A stretch of DNA of 63,341 bases, filler included, from Octopus bimaculoides (lineage: Eukaryota): assembly GCF_001194135.2 (NCBI RefSeq). It is 8 parts of 7 records of this genome, joined end to end, with 100 filler letters (N's around TTAATTAATTAA, not from the genome) between each part and the next. Parts side by side here need not be neighbours in the genome. Positions count along the whole stretch, not along the records: positions 1 to 10,552 come from NW_026330138.1; positions 10,653 to 17,606 come from NC_068981.1; 6 more parts are not named here. One strand, written 5' to 3'. Of the stretch, positions 1-14,182 are shown one piece after another (within the stretch, counting starts at the first letter, position 1; each line of letters begins with the position of its first letter). The notes under the pieces are model-generated. The model saw nothing but the letters and a program-made list of their open reading frames with translations, made no database searches and had not been told where the DNA came from. The position numbers and the translations under genes are program-made.

Positions 1-177
1 ATGCGTGGCGTTCGATCATATAATGATATAAATAATATATAGATATATGCATATATACATACATATATGCACGTACATACATGTATATGTATGTATACAT
101 GCTACCTTTCTTTATGTCCTGTACCCATATACGCATATATTTATATCATTATGTATATATATGTGTATGTATGTATG

Positions 178-240
<63 letters not shown>

Positions 241-1380
241 GTCTATATATGTATATATATGTACATACATACATGTTATATATACACAATTGCACAGTTT
301 ATGTGCGTGTGTGTGTCTGCAACATTAAATATCCATATTTCTTCTTGGCCCCTTCTGTAAGAAAAGCTTTGTGAGTAGTTAGTGGAGGGAAAAAGATGAT
401 CCACAATAACAACTGCAAGATGGAGAGAACATCGTGAGAGAGACACACAGAGAGATGGAGACACGGAAAATGAGAAAGAGTGATAAAGATACAACTGGAG
501 AGTGAAGCAGGGAGAGAGAGACACAGTGTTGTGTTGACACAGATAGAGAGGAAAGACATTCTGAAAGAGAGATGAAGAGAGCGAGGTATATGAAGACGGA
601 AACAGAATTAGAGAGAGGAAAGAGAGACAGGGAAAGAGAGAGAAAGAGTCTGACAAAGGAGAGAGCTCATTGTAGTGATACGAAGACAATGGCAGGAAGA
701 GAGATGAAAGGAATAAGAATTAACCCAGCTTTGTAGACTCTGAGACGACATTTCAAAATGAAGTAAGAAGAATCGAGCAGAAAATTATCATTCTTCTGCT
801 TATTTGTTACGTTCTTCATATTGAATATGGAATTTCAAATATATGGAACAATAATGCGCACGCTTCACATGCACGAACATACATGCGCGTGCACATACAT
901 GTGTATACGGTTCTGAATGCGCGCACACATACACACACACAAATATATATAAATACATACACACAACATATATATATATATATATATACTTATATATACA
1001 CACACACACACACACACACATATAGATGTATATGTATATACATATATACATTTATATATATATATGTGTGTGTGTATGTATGAATGTATATATGCTTCTG
1101 TGTTAGTATTTAGTTGTGTTGAGTATGTGTTTATATAACGTTGTGCATATATGTGTGATGTATAAACATGCTAGACATGTGGTAGTAAGCATTTACGCAT
1201 TTGGAGTGGGAAAACGTCATAGATACACGCACGCACAAACATTCACACACACACATATATATATACATACATATACATACATACATATATACATACACAA
1301 AGTCACAGATACATATGAACATATCTATTTATACATATGTATATATATATGCATAATTATGTATGCATAGGTATATGAGT

Positions 1381-1426
<46 letters not shown>

Positions 1427-1539
1427 TATCTATATACATACATACATATATGTGTGTTTGTATATACATGCATATATATAAAGATATATAGTCCATACTG
1501 TTACTGTATATCTCGCTGAAAGATTTAAAACAAGTTGTT

Positions 1540-1580
<41 letters not shown>

Positions 1581-4127
1581 CGACTATGTTCAGAGTGAAA
1601 GGGAGTAGAGGATGATATGCATATACATGTACGCGTACAAAACAGTATGCCAATTTGAAAACAGAGTAAGTTAAATGTTATTAGATGACGTACGCAACGT
1701 ATTCTTAATTATCTGAAAGATCTAGTTTTCTTAGAGAAAACTAACAAAACCATATAAGCAATTATTAGTGTCTTTCAGAACAAAAGGGAGATAAATTTGT
1801 GAAATAATGAATGACCTTAAACACATACCTGCAAGCATGTTTCGGTCCTATTTGAATTCATCTGCATAGCATTGTCTCTATACTCAAAAGATTACAAGTT
1901 AATTATTTATTTCTTAGCTGAAGAAGGCGCCTGTGCCAACGGCTACAATGTTGCACTTATGTGTGTATGGTTATGATTTCGATACCTGGACCCGTTTTTG
2001 TACGTTATGACAGACCGACATCTTGTTCATTGGGGGACGTTGTTGTAAACTCAGTCCATTACACGCTCTGCAAACCGAAGAAGCTTATAAGGCCTGGCGC
2101 TCCTCAGTGAGCTAACTCTAAACAAAGCCAAGAAAGAAAAATTACCTCTCTACTAATTATCTTTTATATTCTAATTTGTTTCATGTTAGGGATAAGACGA
2201 CCAGTAGTCTTTTAGCACGCGAACGTGGCGTTTGACCTGCCGCCTCCCAGGAAGTCCGTTTCCCTTCCATTTGTGCGCTCTCCCTCGGACTTTTTGCTAA
2301 CGGAAAACTTTGTCTTTTTTTTTCTTATAATACTGGTTTAAAATTTTGGCACACAAGGCCAGCAATTTTGTGGAAGGTTGTAAGTGGATTACGTCGACCC
2401 CAGTGCTCAACTGGTACTTCTTTTATCAAACCCTTAATGCCGCTAAGCATTTTGACCGGCGAGCTAAAGCTTCTGCCAGCTCACCGCCTCTTCCAAGAAA
2501 TGTACGTTTCGAGTTCTTTTCTGCGATGCAATCTACTGGGTTTTATTTTATTAGTCTAGTAAAGCGGCGAGGTGGTAGAAACGTTAGCACGCCGGGCAGA
2601 ATGCTTAGCCGTATTTCGTCTGTCTTACGTTCGGAACTCCGCCGAGGTCGACTTTGCCTTTCATCAATTCAGGGTCGATAAATTAAGCACGAGTTGCGTA
2701 CTGAGGTCGACCTAATCGACTTAATCCCCTCCCAGAAATTCCGGGCCTTGTGCTTAGAGTAGAAAACATTTAGTACTTAAGGTTCAAATAACAATTACAG
2801 TTATATTCCAGTCATTAGACTGCGGTCAAGCTGGAGCACCGCTTTGAGCAATTTTAGTCGGACGATTGCCTAGTTTCATGTGTATACTAAGGATCGATCC
2901 GAGGTTTTGCCAGGGATAGAACCGAGGATGTAACAGTTGCGAAGGGAACTATTTGGCTATTCAACTCACAGTCTCTTTCCCGCTTCTCTCTCTTTTTCTG
3001 TCTCTTTCTCTCCCCCCTCTCTCTCTCTTTGTTACACACACCCACCATATACGCACTCACACTCTCTCTCACACCTGGATGCAAGCACAAACTCACACAC
3101 AACCACGGATACAAAGTACATCTGTACAAGGAAGCGTCAGCACGTACACACACACACACATACATAACTGCACCAACGCTTATACACACAGGCATTTACA
3201 CACACACACACACACACATACCAATGCATATCAATACAAACGCATACGTACTTTAACGCACACACCCACTAACACACACTGACGTACACACCAACTCACG
3301 CGCACACAATGTAGGAACACCCGCATACATCGACACACACACTGGTATTTACGTACACTACACACACACACACACACATACACAGACGGCACAAGCATAT
3401 CACACGCATTTACACATACATCAACACACATAAACACACGCACACACGTACATAAAGGATACACACCGATGCAAAAATGTTTATAACACGTTTGTGCATG
3501 TGTGTGTGTGTATCTGTACGCACATGCATGTGTAACTGTGTGTGTGTAAATGTATGTGTATGAGTCTGTACGTAACCGTGTGTGTATTTGTATGTGTGTA
3601 CGTGCCCGTGTGTATGTTATAGTGTGTGTTTGTCTATGTGTATGTATATGCCTATATATATGTGTGTATTATGTGGTTTTGTCTGTGTTTATGAGTGTAT
3701 GTGTATATGCGTGTATAGGTAGGTGTGTGCGTGTACGTTTGTGTGTATGTGCTTATGTGCGTGTGTTTATCTTTGTGTGTACGTGGGTGTATGTATGCGA
3801 GTATGTATGTGTGTGTGTGTGTGCGCGTGTTCGAGAATTCGATGTGAATGTAATGAGGGAATTAATTAAGGATAAAAAAGAAAGAAAAAAATGATTTAAG
3901 TAGAGAGGTGAATTGGTGCAGAGGACTTTGATATGGTTACCGAGGGATATAACGTGAAGCTGGGTCATAGAACTGTGTAACAGGGTGGGGGTGTTGTTAT
4001 ACCGACTTACAAAAAAGTTTATGGAAATTTGGCGGTAAATGAGAAGACACGAAACGGAGAATTATAATAACAAACAAAAACAACTACAACAAGGAACCGA
4101 GAATACAACAATAAGAGTGACAAGATC

Positions 4128-4163
<36 letters not shown>

Positions 4164-4318
4164 AACCCTTCCACAATGCCTCAGTTTTTCATGTATTCGA
4201 TTAATTAATTCTCAGTCCTTACTTTCTTTCATTTGTCAAATATTTCTTGTTTTGTCCATAAGGGTTTTGATCTGTATCAAATTATATTCTTTTCTATTCT
4301 AGGTACAAGGCCTAAAGT

Positions 4319-4688
4319 GGAGGCGCAATGGCCCAGTGGTTAGGGCAGCGGACTCGCGGTCATAGGATCGCGGTTTCGATTCCCAGACCGGGCGTTGTGA
4401 GTGTTTATTGAGCGAAAACACCTAATGCTCCACGAGGCTCCGGCAGAGGATGGTGGCGAACCCTGCTGTACTCTTTAACCACAACTTTCTCTCACTCGTA
4501 CTTCCTGTTTCTGTTGTAGCTGTAATTCAAAGGGCCAGCCTTGTCACACTGTGTCACGCTGAATATCCCCGAGAACTATGTTAAGGGTACACGTGTCTGT
4601 GGAGTGCTCAGCCACTTGCACGTTAATTTCACGAGCAGGCTGGAACCCTCGACGTCGTAAGCGACGGAGTGCCAACAACAACAACAAG
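4319..4688 (+). mobile_element. SINE family B (tRNA-Arg-like head, (CAA)n tail; resembles octopus OR-type SINEs)
   Basis: Head ggcgcaaTGGCCCAGTGGttagggcagcggacTCGcggtcataggatcgcGGTTTCGATTCC. A second copy lies at 5927-6277 on the minus strand. Confidence 0.88.
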
Positions 4689-5026
4689 GCTTAACATTTG
4701 GGGGAAGGGGGGACAGTGGATTAGATTGACCCTAGTACTCAACGGTTCGTCGCAGGATTAACCATTTTTGCCAACTGAGTGAACTGGAGCAACGAGAAAT
4801 TACTCAAGAACACAACGCGTCGCTCTGTCCAGGAACGGAAACCACCATTTTACGATCACGAGCCCAACATCTTAACCACTAAGCCACACGGCTCCACTAG
4901 ATAAACGAGTATAGATGTAGACAGACAGACGGACGAGCAGACAGACGGACGAACCGAGAGACAGATAGACAGACACACAGACATATAGCTAGCTAGACAG
5001 ACAGACAGATAGGCAGACAGATAGAC

Positions 5027-5069
<43 letters not shown>

Positions 5070-5782
5070 ACAAGGTTTCATACAGGTGACATCTAAGGAA
5101 TTTTACCCTTAAGTACTGTGATGGTCGATAGTAAAAGACAATGAACAAAAATGCCCTGTGGTGCCAATCAAACCGAGAATCACGAAGTAACGAACCGAAA
5201 TTCTTTACCACATAACCATACCTGCAGGAATAAGGAATGCCATTTATCGATGATACAAAACAAGAGGCAAATCTCAGAAATTTCATCAGTGAGTTAGTTG
5301 AAATGTAATATTCTAGGCATCCGTACTCTATGAATTGAAATCCATAAATACGTCAAAAGAATGTCAAATGATATTGGAATCGGTTTAAACATTTGACTCT
5401 GTTGGCAACCTGACCTAAAATGCCAAGTTTGGTAAATGCCAAATTGTATATAATTATATTAAAGGAGGACAATCATCTACTAGACCCTCGACCCCTCATT
5501 CGTATAGAGCATGGCTTGCTGTCTACAATCAGAAATCAGAAATTTGTGGAAGATATTCGGAAAGAGGTCGGGAAAGAAGTAGGTGGAGAGAGAGACGGTG
5601 GGTAGATAGATAGATAGATAGATAGATAGATTCATAGATACATACTAGATAGATACATAGTAGATATATATATAGATAATAGATAGATAGATAGATAGAT
5701 AGATAGGATTGATTGATAGATATAGATACATGCATACGTACACACATACATACGCACATACATACATACACACATACATGCA

Positions 5783-5814
<32 letters not shown>

Positions 5815-5866
5815 CACATACATACATGGTTTGCACTAAGTCGCTTNNNNNNNNNNCATACATGCA

Positions 5867-5898
<32 letters not shown>

Positions 5899-5926
5899 CA
5901 CATACATACATGGTTTGCACTAAGTC

Positions 5927-6277
5927 GCTTACGACGTGGAGGGTTCCAGTTGATCCGATCAACGGAACAGCCTGCTTGTGAAATTAACGTGCATGTGGCT
6001 GAGCACTCCACAGACACGTGTACCCTTAGCGTAGTTCTCGGGGATATTCAGTGTGACAATGCTGACCCTTTGAATTACAGTCACAACAGGAAGTAAGAGT
6101 GAGAGAAAGTTGGGGCGAAAGAGTACAGCAGGGGTTCGCCACCAACCCCTGCCAGAGCCTCGTGGAGCTTCAGGTGTTTTCGCTCAATAAACACTCACAA
6201 CGCCTGGTCTGGGAATCGAAATCGCGATCCTATGACCGCGAGTCCGCTGCCCTAACCACTGGGCCATTGCGCCTCCA
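5927..6277 (-). mobile_element. SINE family B copy
   Basis: Reverse complement is colinear with 4319-4673. Confidence 0.88.
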
Positions 6278-6764
6278 CGACATACATACATGCATACATA
6301 CATACATACATACATGCATGCATGCATAGACACAGTGGTAGACAGGTAGATAGATGGATGGAGATTAAAAGAAAATAGGAGATAATGGAAGCCAAAACGA
6401 TACCGATGCTCTTGTGTCGGGATGTGGGGTATGTGTGTGTGTGTATGTGTGCGCATAGCATATAACCTTCTTCTATCCTTCTCTATTTGAACAGATCTCT
6501 CTCGCTAAATGCGCATGCGCATATAGACGGATAGATATAGATGTATTGAAGTGTCTACATTTAGAAGAATGCGTGGGTTAATGTATGTGTGTTTATACAT
6601 ACGTGTGCGTGCGTGAGTGTGTGTGTGAGCACGCGTGTATGTGCGCGTAACGCGGTTTAGTATTTAAGCTTACGCTGATTCCTCCATGGTGTTGTTTTGC
6701 ATTTATAATAAAATAAATATATACAAATTATAAAAATAATAATAATAAAATATGCCGTGCAGTA

Positions 6765-6843
6765 CTGATTCTACTTCGCGGATTTTCACGTATCGCGGGG
6801 TGTTTTGGAGCGTGACACTCGCGGTAGCCGAGGGATTACTGTA
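6765..6843. mobile_element. Tigger/pogo-like terminal fragment
   Basis: ...tcgcggattttcacgtatcgcgggg...cgagggattactg|TA. Only one TIR is seen. Confidence 0.4.
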
Positions 6844-7035
6844 TTTACTTAGGTAATTGCGCGCGCAAACGTGCGCGCGTGTGTGTGCGTGCTCGGGCGA
6901 ATGAGTATGTGTGTCTGTGTGTGTCGCTGTAGTGGGTGCTTATGTGTGTTTCTGTGTATAGCCATATAGTTATTACATTCACAGAGGAAAATATGCGGGA
7001 AACGAGAAACAATATGGTAAAAGAGAAATGCTTAT

Positions 7036-7091
<56 letters not shown>

Positions 7092-9913
7092 TGTGTGTGT
7101 ATGTGTGTGTGTTTGTGTGTGTGTAAGCAAATATGCATGAATCGTTCAGTCATGTGTTAGTCATTGGACTGCAGCCATGATGGTGGCACCATATTGAAGC
7201 GTTTCATTGAAGCAAATCAAAGCCAGTACTTCAGTTTTTTAAGTCCGGGACATACTTCATCGGTTTTCTTTGGCTGAACCGCTAAGTTACGGGGATATAA
7301 ACAAGTCAACTTCGTATTTCAAGGTGGTGGTGATAGAAATACACACGCATATATATATGTATATAGATAATATACATATACATATATGTATATAAAAAAT
7401 ATATGTATATGTGCATACATACATACGTACATGCATATAAATGTTTCCAGTTTCTATATATATGTTTAAGTATATCCAGTTTCCGTATATACTTTTCATT
7501 TTCTGCGTATCTTAGAGAAAGATGCTTTGTAGTGGCATATTTCTATATTTGTACCAGTTAATTTATATACACAGATATACACAGACATTTGTATTTTACG
7601 TGTGTAGGTAAGTTTTTACGCAATTTTTTGTGCACGAATTGAAATGTGCGCATGCGTAAGTGTATATGGAAGCGTTTTTCGCTTTTGTATAAATAACGTT
7701 TATTATACTTCTTATTAAATTCTTATATTCTTATTTGTCCGTACGAGATTCTATGTATTTATAAATATTCAATTTGCGTGTACGTGATGCACTTTCTTCC
7801 CGTACTTTTACGTGCTGTTTCTACCGTAAATCCGCCATGTTTATATTTATATTTAGCATATTTTAATTGCATTTATCCACATGCGTTTAGAAACGTATTT
7901 ATTCTATATGTTTTTTTTCTTCTTCTCTGTTTAGCTATTCTTAATGTAGGTTCCTTCAGTGCGTGTCTATGTACTTTATATCTTTGTAAATATTTTCTCT
8001 TTTTACATTTTATTCCATAGTTTTGTATAAGCTTGTCTGTTCATTCGTTTTACGCTCTTCAATTGGCGTTTTCTGTTCGTTTTATGCACTTGTAGTCTCG
8101 CTTACGCTTTCATATAAGTATTTTTTAATCATCATTTACAGATTTGCTGTATTACTTATGCTTTTGTTTAAGATTTTTATTCGTTTTACGTTCTTGTGTA
8201 AATATTTACGTGACTCTTTAATTATTTCATTCACTTGTAATGCTTATTATTCTTGTTCACGTGTTGTACATGTTATTCATTCGTTTTACGTACCTCTACT
8301 GTTGTTCATATATTTTTTATTCACTTTGGGCGTTTTCATATGTTTTTTCCTATTCATTTTACGTGCTTCTCCATTCATTTAGGTCTTTCCTTATTATTTT
8401 TCACTCATTTATTGTTTGAATGTTTCCGTGTTTGCATTCAGTTTTTACTCGGTCTACGTGCTTGTATTCTTGCTTACGGCTCTCTAACTATTTCTTTCCA
8501 ATTCATATGCTTGTATTTTGCATTTGGCTTTGTTTTTGAGTGCTTTACACACTAGTTTGCGTGCTAGTATTGGTATTAACAAATCTTTTATGCGTTTTAC
8601 GCGCATGCGCTTCCGTTCACGTTTTTCTACGTAGTTCCATTCGTTTTACGCACTTCTATTGTTATTCACGTGTTTGCATAATATTTATTTTTGTACTGGT
8701 TTTACGCGTTGCCGTGTTTGTACGAATTTGTTCGTATCTAAGCACTCTTTTATTTATTGATCTATTTGTTTGTTTGTTTGTTTATCTATTTTTGGTACTT
8801 AATCTGACAAACTTACAAAGAAACAAAAGAAAACAAGAGAAAAAGTGATACAGATTTTTAAGAGAAAAACAAAGGGAATCGGTGAGAAAATATAGTTTCC
8901 GACGCTGGCAAAATTAATGCAGGATTAACAATCTATTATTAGAAATTAAAGAACATTAGAATTGGTAGAATTATTAGAGTGGAGGATATGACATTCGGTA
9001 TTTGTTACGGTTCACTAGATTCTGAGTTTAAAACACACCCGGATAAATTTTATCGTTAAGCCTTTCGGAGATGATGAAGAAAAGCATTTTACACGCATGC
9101 GTAGAACCGGTTAAGTTCCCACTGCGTGGAAAACTTTGCATGGCTTGTTGTAATATAACTGCGGGAAAACCAATGACCTCCTGAGTTGATTTGGCGGATG
9201 AAAACTAAGTGGAAACCCGTTTTATGACTATCAATTTATCTATCTATGTATCTATCTTTGTATCTATCTTTGTAACTATCTATCTACACACACACACACA
9301 CACAAACTCACACACACACATACACACATATATATCTATATATATATATATATATGTATATATATGTGTGTGTGTGTAAGGCGAAATCCTAGTAAACGGA
9401 AAACTACACGAAAGCATAACCAACGGAAAACGAGACAAAAACATGGTATATATATGTATATATATATATATGTATATACGTGTGTATACATACATACGCA
9501 TACATGTATATACTCATATAAATGTTTGTCTGTCTGTCTGTCTGGATGTCATTAGTTATTGATCTCAATCCAATGCCTCTATTAAACGAACAAAGAGGAC
9601 CTGAAAGCTTCTGCAGTTCGAGGTGATCCGCACAGTTTCTCCACTTCTTGAAGTTCTGGTCACCGTCGGGCTATGGCTGAAACTAGGATGCCAACATTAG
9701 TACACTACGGGATCGAACTCACAACCGTGTGCTCCCAAAGTAAACACGTGAAGCAATACAACATTCATCTTTAAATGCATCGAGTAAAGAGAAATGGGGC
9801 AAATGACTGCCTACGTATGTGCTTGTGAGAGCAAACATGTGCGTGAGCATATGGAAGTGCGCGTCCGTGTATGTAAGTAATAAATGTGTACGTATGTGTA
9901 CGTATACATACAT

Positions 9914-9974
<61 letters not shown>

Positions 9975-10099
9975 TATATATGTAAGTAACTCTGTGTCTG
10001 TAAGCATTTATGTGTGTATAGGTATGTGTGTGTGTGTATTAACGACTTGAGTCACGATCAAATGCTCGCTCCCTGGAGATGAGAATGCGCCATCAATAC

Positions 10100-10400
10100 A
10101 TCTGATCTTTTACATAACATCGTTATTAGCAACACCACCACCACCACCACGACCACCACCACCACTTCCATCATCGTCGTCGTCACCATCATCATCATCA
10201 TCATTACCACCAGCACCACCATCACCACCACCAACAGCAACACTATCGTGACCATCATCATCATCATTATCATCAACATCTTCATCGTAATAACGTGTTA
10301 TTCGCATCAGCGTAACTATGATCATCACCATCATTATCATCACCATCATCATCATCAATATCATCATCATCATTATCATCATCACAACCACCATCATCAA
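10100..10400. repeat. Compound (CAC/CAT)n trinucleotide repeat
   Basis: Directly visible. It generates the poly-M/V/D/I ORFs. Confidence 0.95.
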
Positions 10401-10509
10401 GATTAGTATTATTTGTACTAATAGCATTACTAGTAAAAGCGGAGTGAGGAGGAAGAGAAAGAAAAGAATAAAAAGTATAGGAAGGAGAAGGACGAGAACT
10501 AGAACAGAA

Positions 10510-10552
<43 letters not shown>

Positions 10553-10652
10553 NNNNNNNNNNNNNNNNNNNNNNNNNNNNNNNNNNNNNNNNNNNNTTAA
10601 TTAATTAANNNNNNNNNNNNNNNNNNNNNNNNNNNNNNNNNNNNNNNNNNNN
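10553..10652. other. Artificial scaffold join N44-TTAATTAATTAA-N44 (also 17607, 33574, 39553, 50763, 59114 and 60835)
   Basis: Identical 100-nt structure seven times. The 12-mer is palindromic and gives stops in all six frames. Confidence 0.97.
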
Positions 10653-12454
10653 ATATCAACTCTACTTGTATACACATACAAATATGTATCTTATATGCAT
10701 ATACATTATAATGTGTCTATGTGTTTATCTGCAAATATGCATGCTCATACATGTTTATACAAATATGCATAGGTATAAATATGTCTCTGTGTGTGTGTGT
10801 GTGTATATGTGCGTGTATGTGTGTGTGTGTGTGTGTTTGTGTGCGTGCATGTGTGTGTCGTTGTCTGTGCATTTATGAGCAATTCCCATGTACAATTATT
10901 TGTCCCTATGTATTCAGTTTTCATTGAGTAAGCATGTTTACCTATGCACCTGTGTGCAGTTCTTAGTCCATTTCTAGATAACAATTTATGCCTGTTTTAC
11001 AACTCTATGTCAACGAACAGCTATAAAGACGTTTTGGTACTCATATATACATATGCCTGTGCGTCGGTGCCTGTGGGCGTATGCACGTGTGCGTGTGAGT
11101 ACGTATGTGATCTTTTGTTTCTATGTAAACCACTAAAGTGGCAGGTAATATGAACCGATGTATTTCCCTTTTTTATTTTCTTCTTTATGTCAAAGAAAAG
11201 ATACCCGGTGCTTTTCTACATATAAATATACTTACAAATCAAATGGATCTCCACCAGTTTTAACGATAAGAAGTCCATGCGTTTAATCAACGCGTGAGAG
11301 TTATTCACTGACACGTGATTTAATCCTTACACACACCCACATAACGCAATGTATGACAAGGTTGGCCGTTTGAATTGCAGATGCATCCAACGAACCACGA
11401 CAGCTTTCTTGTACGCAGCATCAAACATGACACGTGAATGGCCCGACACAAGAATAAAAAAATCGAGGACAAGATGCCACGCCAAGATGCAATACAAACT
11501 TCTTAACTACTCCACTATGTTTGAATCGCACAATCCCACACGTGCATGTGTGTGATTGCATGAGTGTGTTGTGTATAAGATTACACACAACCCCCCCCCC
11601 ACAAACACACATCATGTATAAATACGTATATACATACATATATATNNNNNNNNNNNNNNNNNNNNNNNNNNNNNNNNNNNNNNNNNNNNNNNNNNNNNNN
11701 NNNNNNNNNNNNNNNNNNNNNNNNNNNNNNNNNNNNNNNNNNNNNNNNNNNNNNNNNNNNNNNNNNNNNNNNNNNNNNNNNNNNNNNNNNNNNNNNNNNN
11801 NNNNNNNNNNNNNNNNNNNNNNNNNNNNNNNNNNNNNNNNNNNNNNNNNNNNNNNNNNNNNNNNNNNNNNNNNNNNNNNNNNNNNNNNNNNNNNNNNNNN
11901 NNNNNNNNNNNNNNNNNNNNNNNNNNNNNNNNNNNNNNNNNNNNNNNNNNNNNNNNNNNNNNNNNNNNNNNNNNNNNNNNNNNNNNNNNNNNNNNNNNNN
12001 NNNNNNNNNNNNNNNNNNNNNNNNNNNNNNNNNNNNNNNNNNNNNNNNNNNNNNNNNNNNNNNNNNNNNNNNNNNNNNNNNNNNNNNNNNNNNNNNNNNN
12101 NNNNNNNNNNNNNNNNNNNNNNNNNNNNNNNNNNNNNNNNNNNNNNNNNNNNNNNNNNNNNNNNNNNNNNNNNNNNNNNNNNNNNNNNNNNNNNNNNNNN
12201 NNNNNNNNNNNNNNNNNNNNNNNNNNNNNNNNNNNNNNNNNNNNNNNNNNNNNNNNNNNNNNNNNNNNNNNNNNNNNNNNNNNNNNNNNNNNNNNNNNNN
12301 NNNNNNNNNNNNNNNNNNNNNNNNNNNNNNNNNNNNNNNNNNNNNNNNNNNNNNNNNNNNNNNNNNNNNNNNNNNNNNNNNNNNNNNNNNNNNNNNNNNN
12401 NNNNNNNNNNNNNNNNNNNNNNNNNNNNNNNNNNNNNNNNNNNNNNNNNNNNNN

Positions 12455-12521
<67 letters not shown>

Positions 12522-12528
12522 CGTGCGT

Positions 12529-12922
12529 GCGTGGCTGCTTCCCAACCACATGGTTCCGATTTCAGTCTCACTGTGTAGAACCTTGGGAAAGTGTCTTATA
12601 CTATAGCCTCGAGCCGACCGAAGCCTTGTGAGTGGATATAGTAGGCGGAAACTGAAAGAAGCCCGTCGTACATACATATACATATATTTATGTATGTCTT
12701 TGTGTGTGTGTGTTTTCCCCCACCATCACTTGACAAGTGATGCTGGTATGTTTACGTCCCCGTGACCTAGCGGTTCGGCAAATTAGACCGATGGAATAAG
12801 TACTAGGCGTACAAAGAATAAGTCTTGGGGTCGATTTCTTCGACTAAAACCTTTTAAGGCGGTGCTCCAGCATGGCCTCAGTTAAATGACTGAAGCAAGT
12901 AAAAGAATAAAAGAATAAAAGA
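12529..12922 (+). mobile_element. SINE family A copy
   Basis: Colinear with 44993-45397. Confidence 0.88.
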
Positions 12923-14147
12923 ATGCATGTATGTCTGTATGTATAATATTATTGTTAATATATTCGGATCTATTTTAAAACGGGGGCACCAGTATTTTCT
13001 TAACGAAACACTAACGAAACACTTTGAAACTTGGGACACTGGTAGAATGTGTCATATAAAACATCTTTTACTCGTAAGTTATTCCATGTTAAAGTTGTCG
13101 TATTTCTGTAATTTCAACCAATCACTGACGTCTATTCAGCTGAATAAGAGTTACTGCTGGGCGGTCATAAAAATGTTATTCCCTGTGATATATTTCATCC
13201 GGTTTAATCGTAATTTATACGCATATATTGTTTATATAATAAATTACGCTGTGCGTATCTATGTGNNNNNNNNNNNNNNNNNNNNNNNNNNNNNNNNNNN
13301 NNNNNNNNNNNNNNNNNNNNNNNNNNNNNNNNNNNNNNNNNNNNNNNNNNNNNNNNNNNNNNNNNNNNNNNNNNNNNNNNNNNNNNNNNNNNNNNNNNNN
13401 NNNNNNNNNNNNNNNNNNNNNNNNNNNNNNNNNNNNNNNNNNNNNNNNNNNNNNNNNNNNNNNNNNNNNNNNNNNNNNNNNNNNNNNNNNNNNNNNNNNN
13501 NNNNCCTCATTGCGATAACTGAAATTGTATGCATTAGTTGGGTTGTCATTAAAAATTCATCAGAGATCGTTGAATTTTCCTGCCAATCACCGCATCTTCC
13601 GTGTTTTCTATCTTCCGTAAACAAATTGTGTATTCATTCCTAACAAACACATACATACGTACACAGACATCGACATTCACACACATATATTTATATGGAT
13701 ATACATGTGTGTTTTTGTTCATGTATTTGTTTGTTTGAGTGTATTCTACATAACGATATATGTGTGTATATGTATGTCATTATTCAGTTTATTTCAAGAT
13801 TTCTTGCCAACAAACTGAATTATGTATGTATGTATGTATGTATGTACGTATGTATGTATGTATGTATGAAATGTATGTATGTATGTATGTATGTATGCAT
13901 GTATGTGTGTGTACGCATGTATGTATATGTATATTTGCTTGTGTGTGTGTGTGTGTGTCTATTTCCATCAGCCTTTGAAACAATTGGTCGGGACTCGACA
14001 GGATGGTCATGGCTGCAATATTTATGATTATAGGTCTGCTCGGTCTAAGCTGACCTATGACTAAACAGTAACAATATACCAGACAAGAAGAAAACAACAC
14101 AGCAACACACCTTCAAGAACAGCGCTCCAAATACAATAACCTTCAAA

Positions 14148-14182
14148 ATGGTTGTTCAACTCGTTAACATTATGTCTGCCTC
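14148..14182 (+). CDS. Candidate first coding exon of the Hippo kinase (MVVQLVNIMSA-S; alternative ATG at 14172)
   Basis: CAAAATG start context, an A/C-rich leader and a perfect GTAAGT donor at 14183. 35 nt ending in phase 2, as required to join 27900 or 31608. It lies across an artificial join from the other exons. Confidence 0.35.

Noticed and set aside
4319-4395. tRNA gene (also other A/B-box heads)
   Set aside because: The acceptor stem is not formed, and the head continues into a SINE body repeated elsewhere in the window.
5228-5295. Plus-strand mini-exon MPFIDDTKQEANLRNFI followed by GTGAGT
   Set aside because: No partner exon or homology, and such matches are expected by chance in 63 kb.
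5780-5930. Direct duplications flanking 10-N gaps (also 49710-49800)
   Set aside because: They are most likely unmerged contig overlaps in microsatellite, i.e. assembly artefacts.
10058-10608. Poly-Met/Val/Asp/Ile ORFs
   Set aside because: They come from the (CAT/CAC)n repeat, with no splice or homology support.
10597-10608. TTAATTAATTAA as a regulatory motif or CRISPR-like repeat
   Set aside because: It is always centred in 44+44 N, so it is an assembly linker. No CRISPR array is present.
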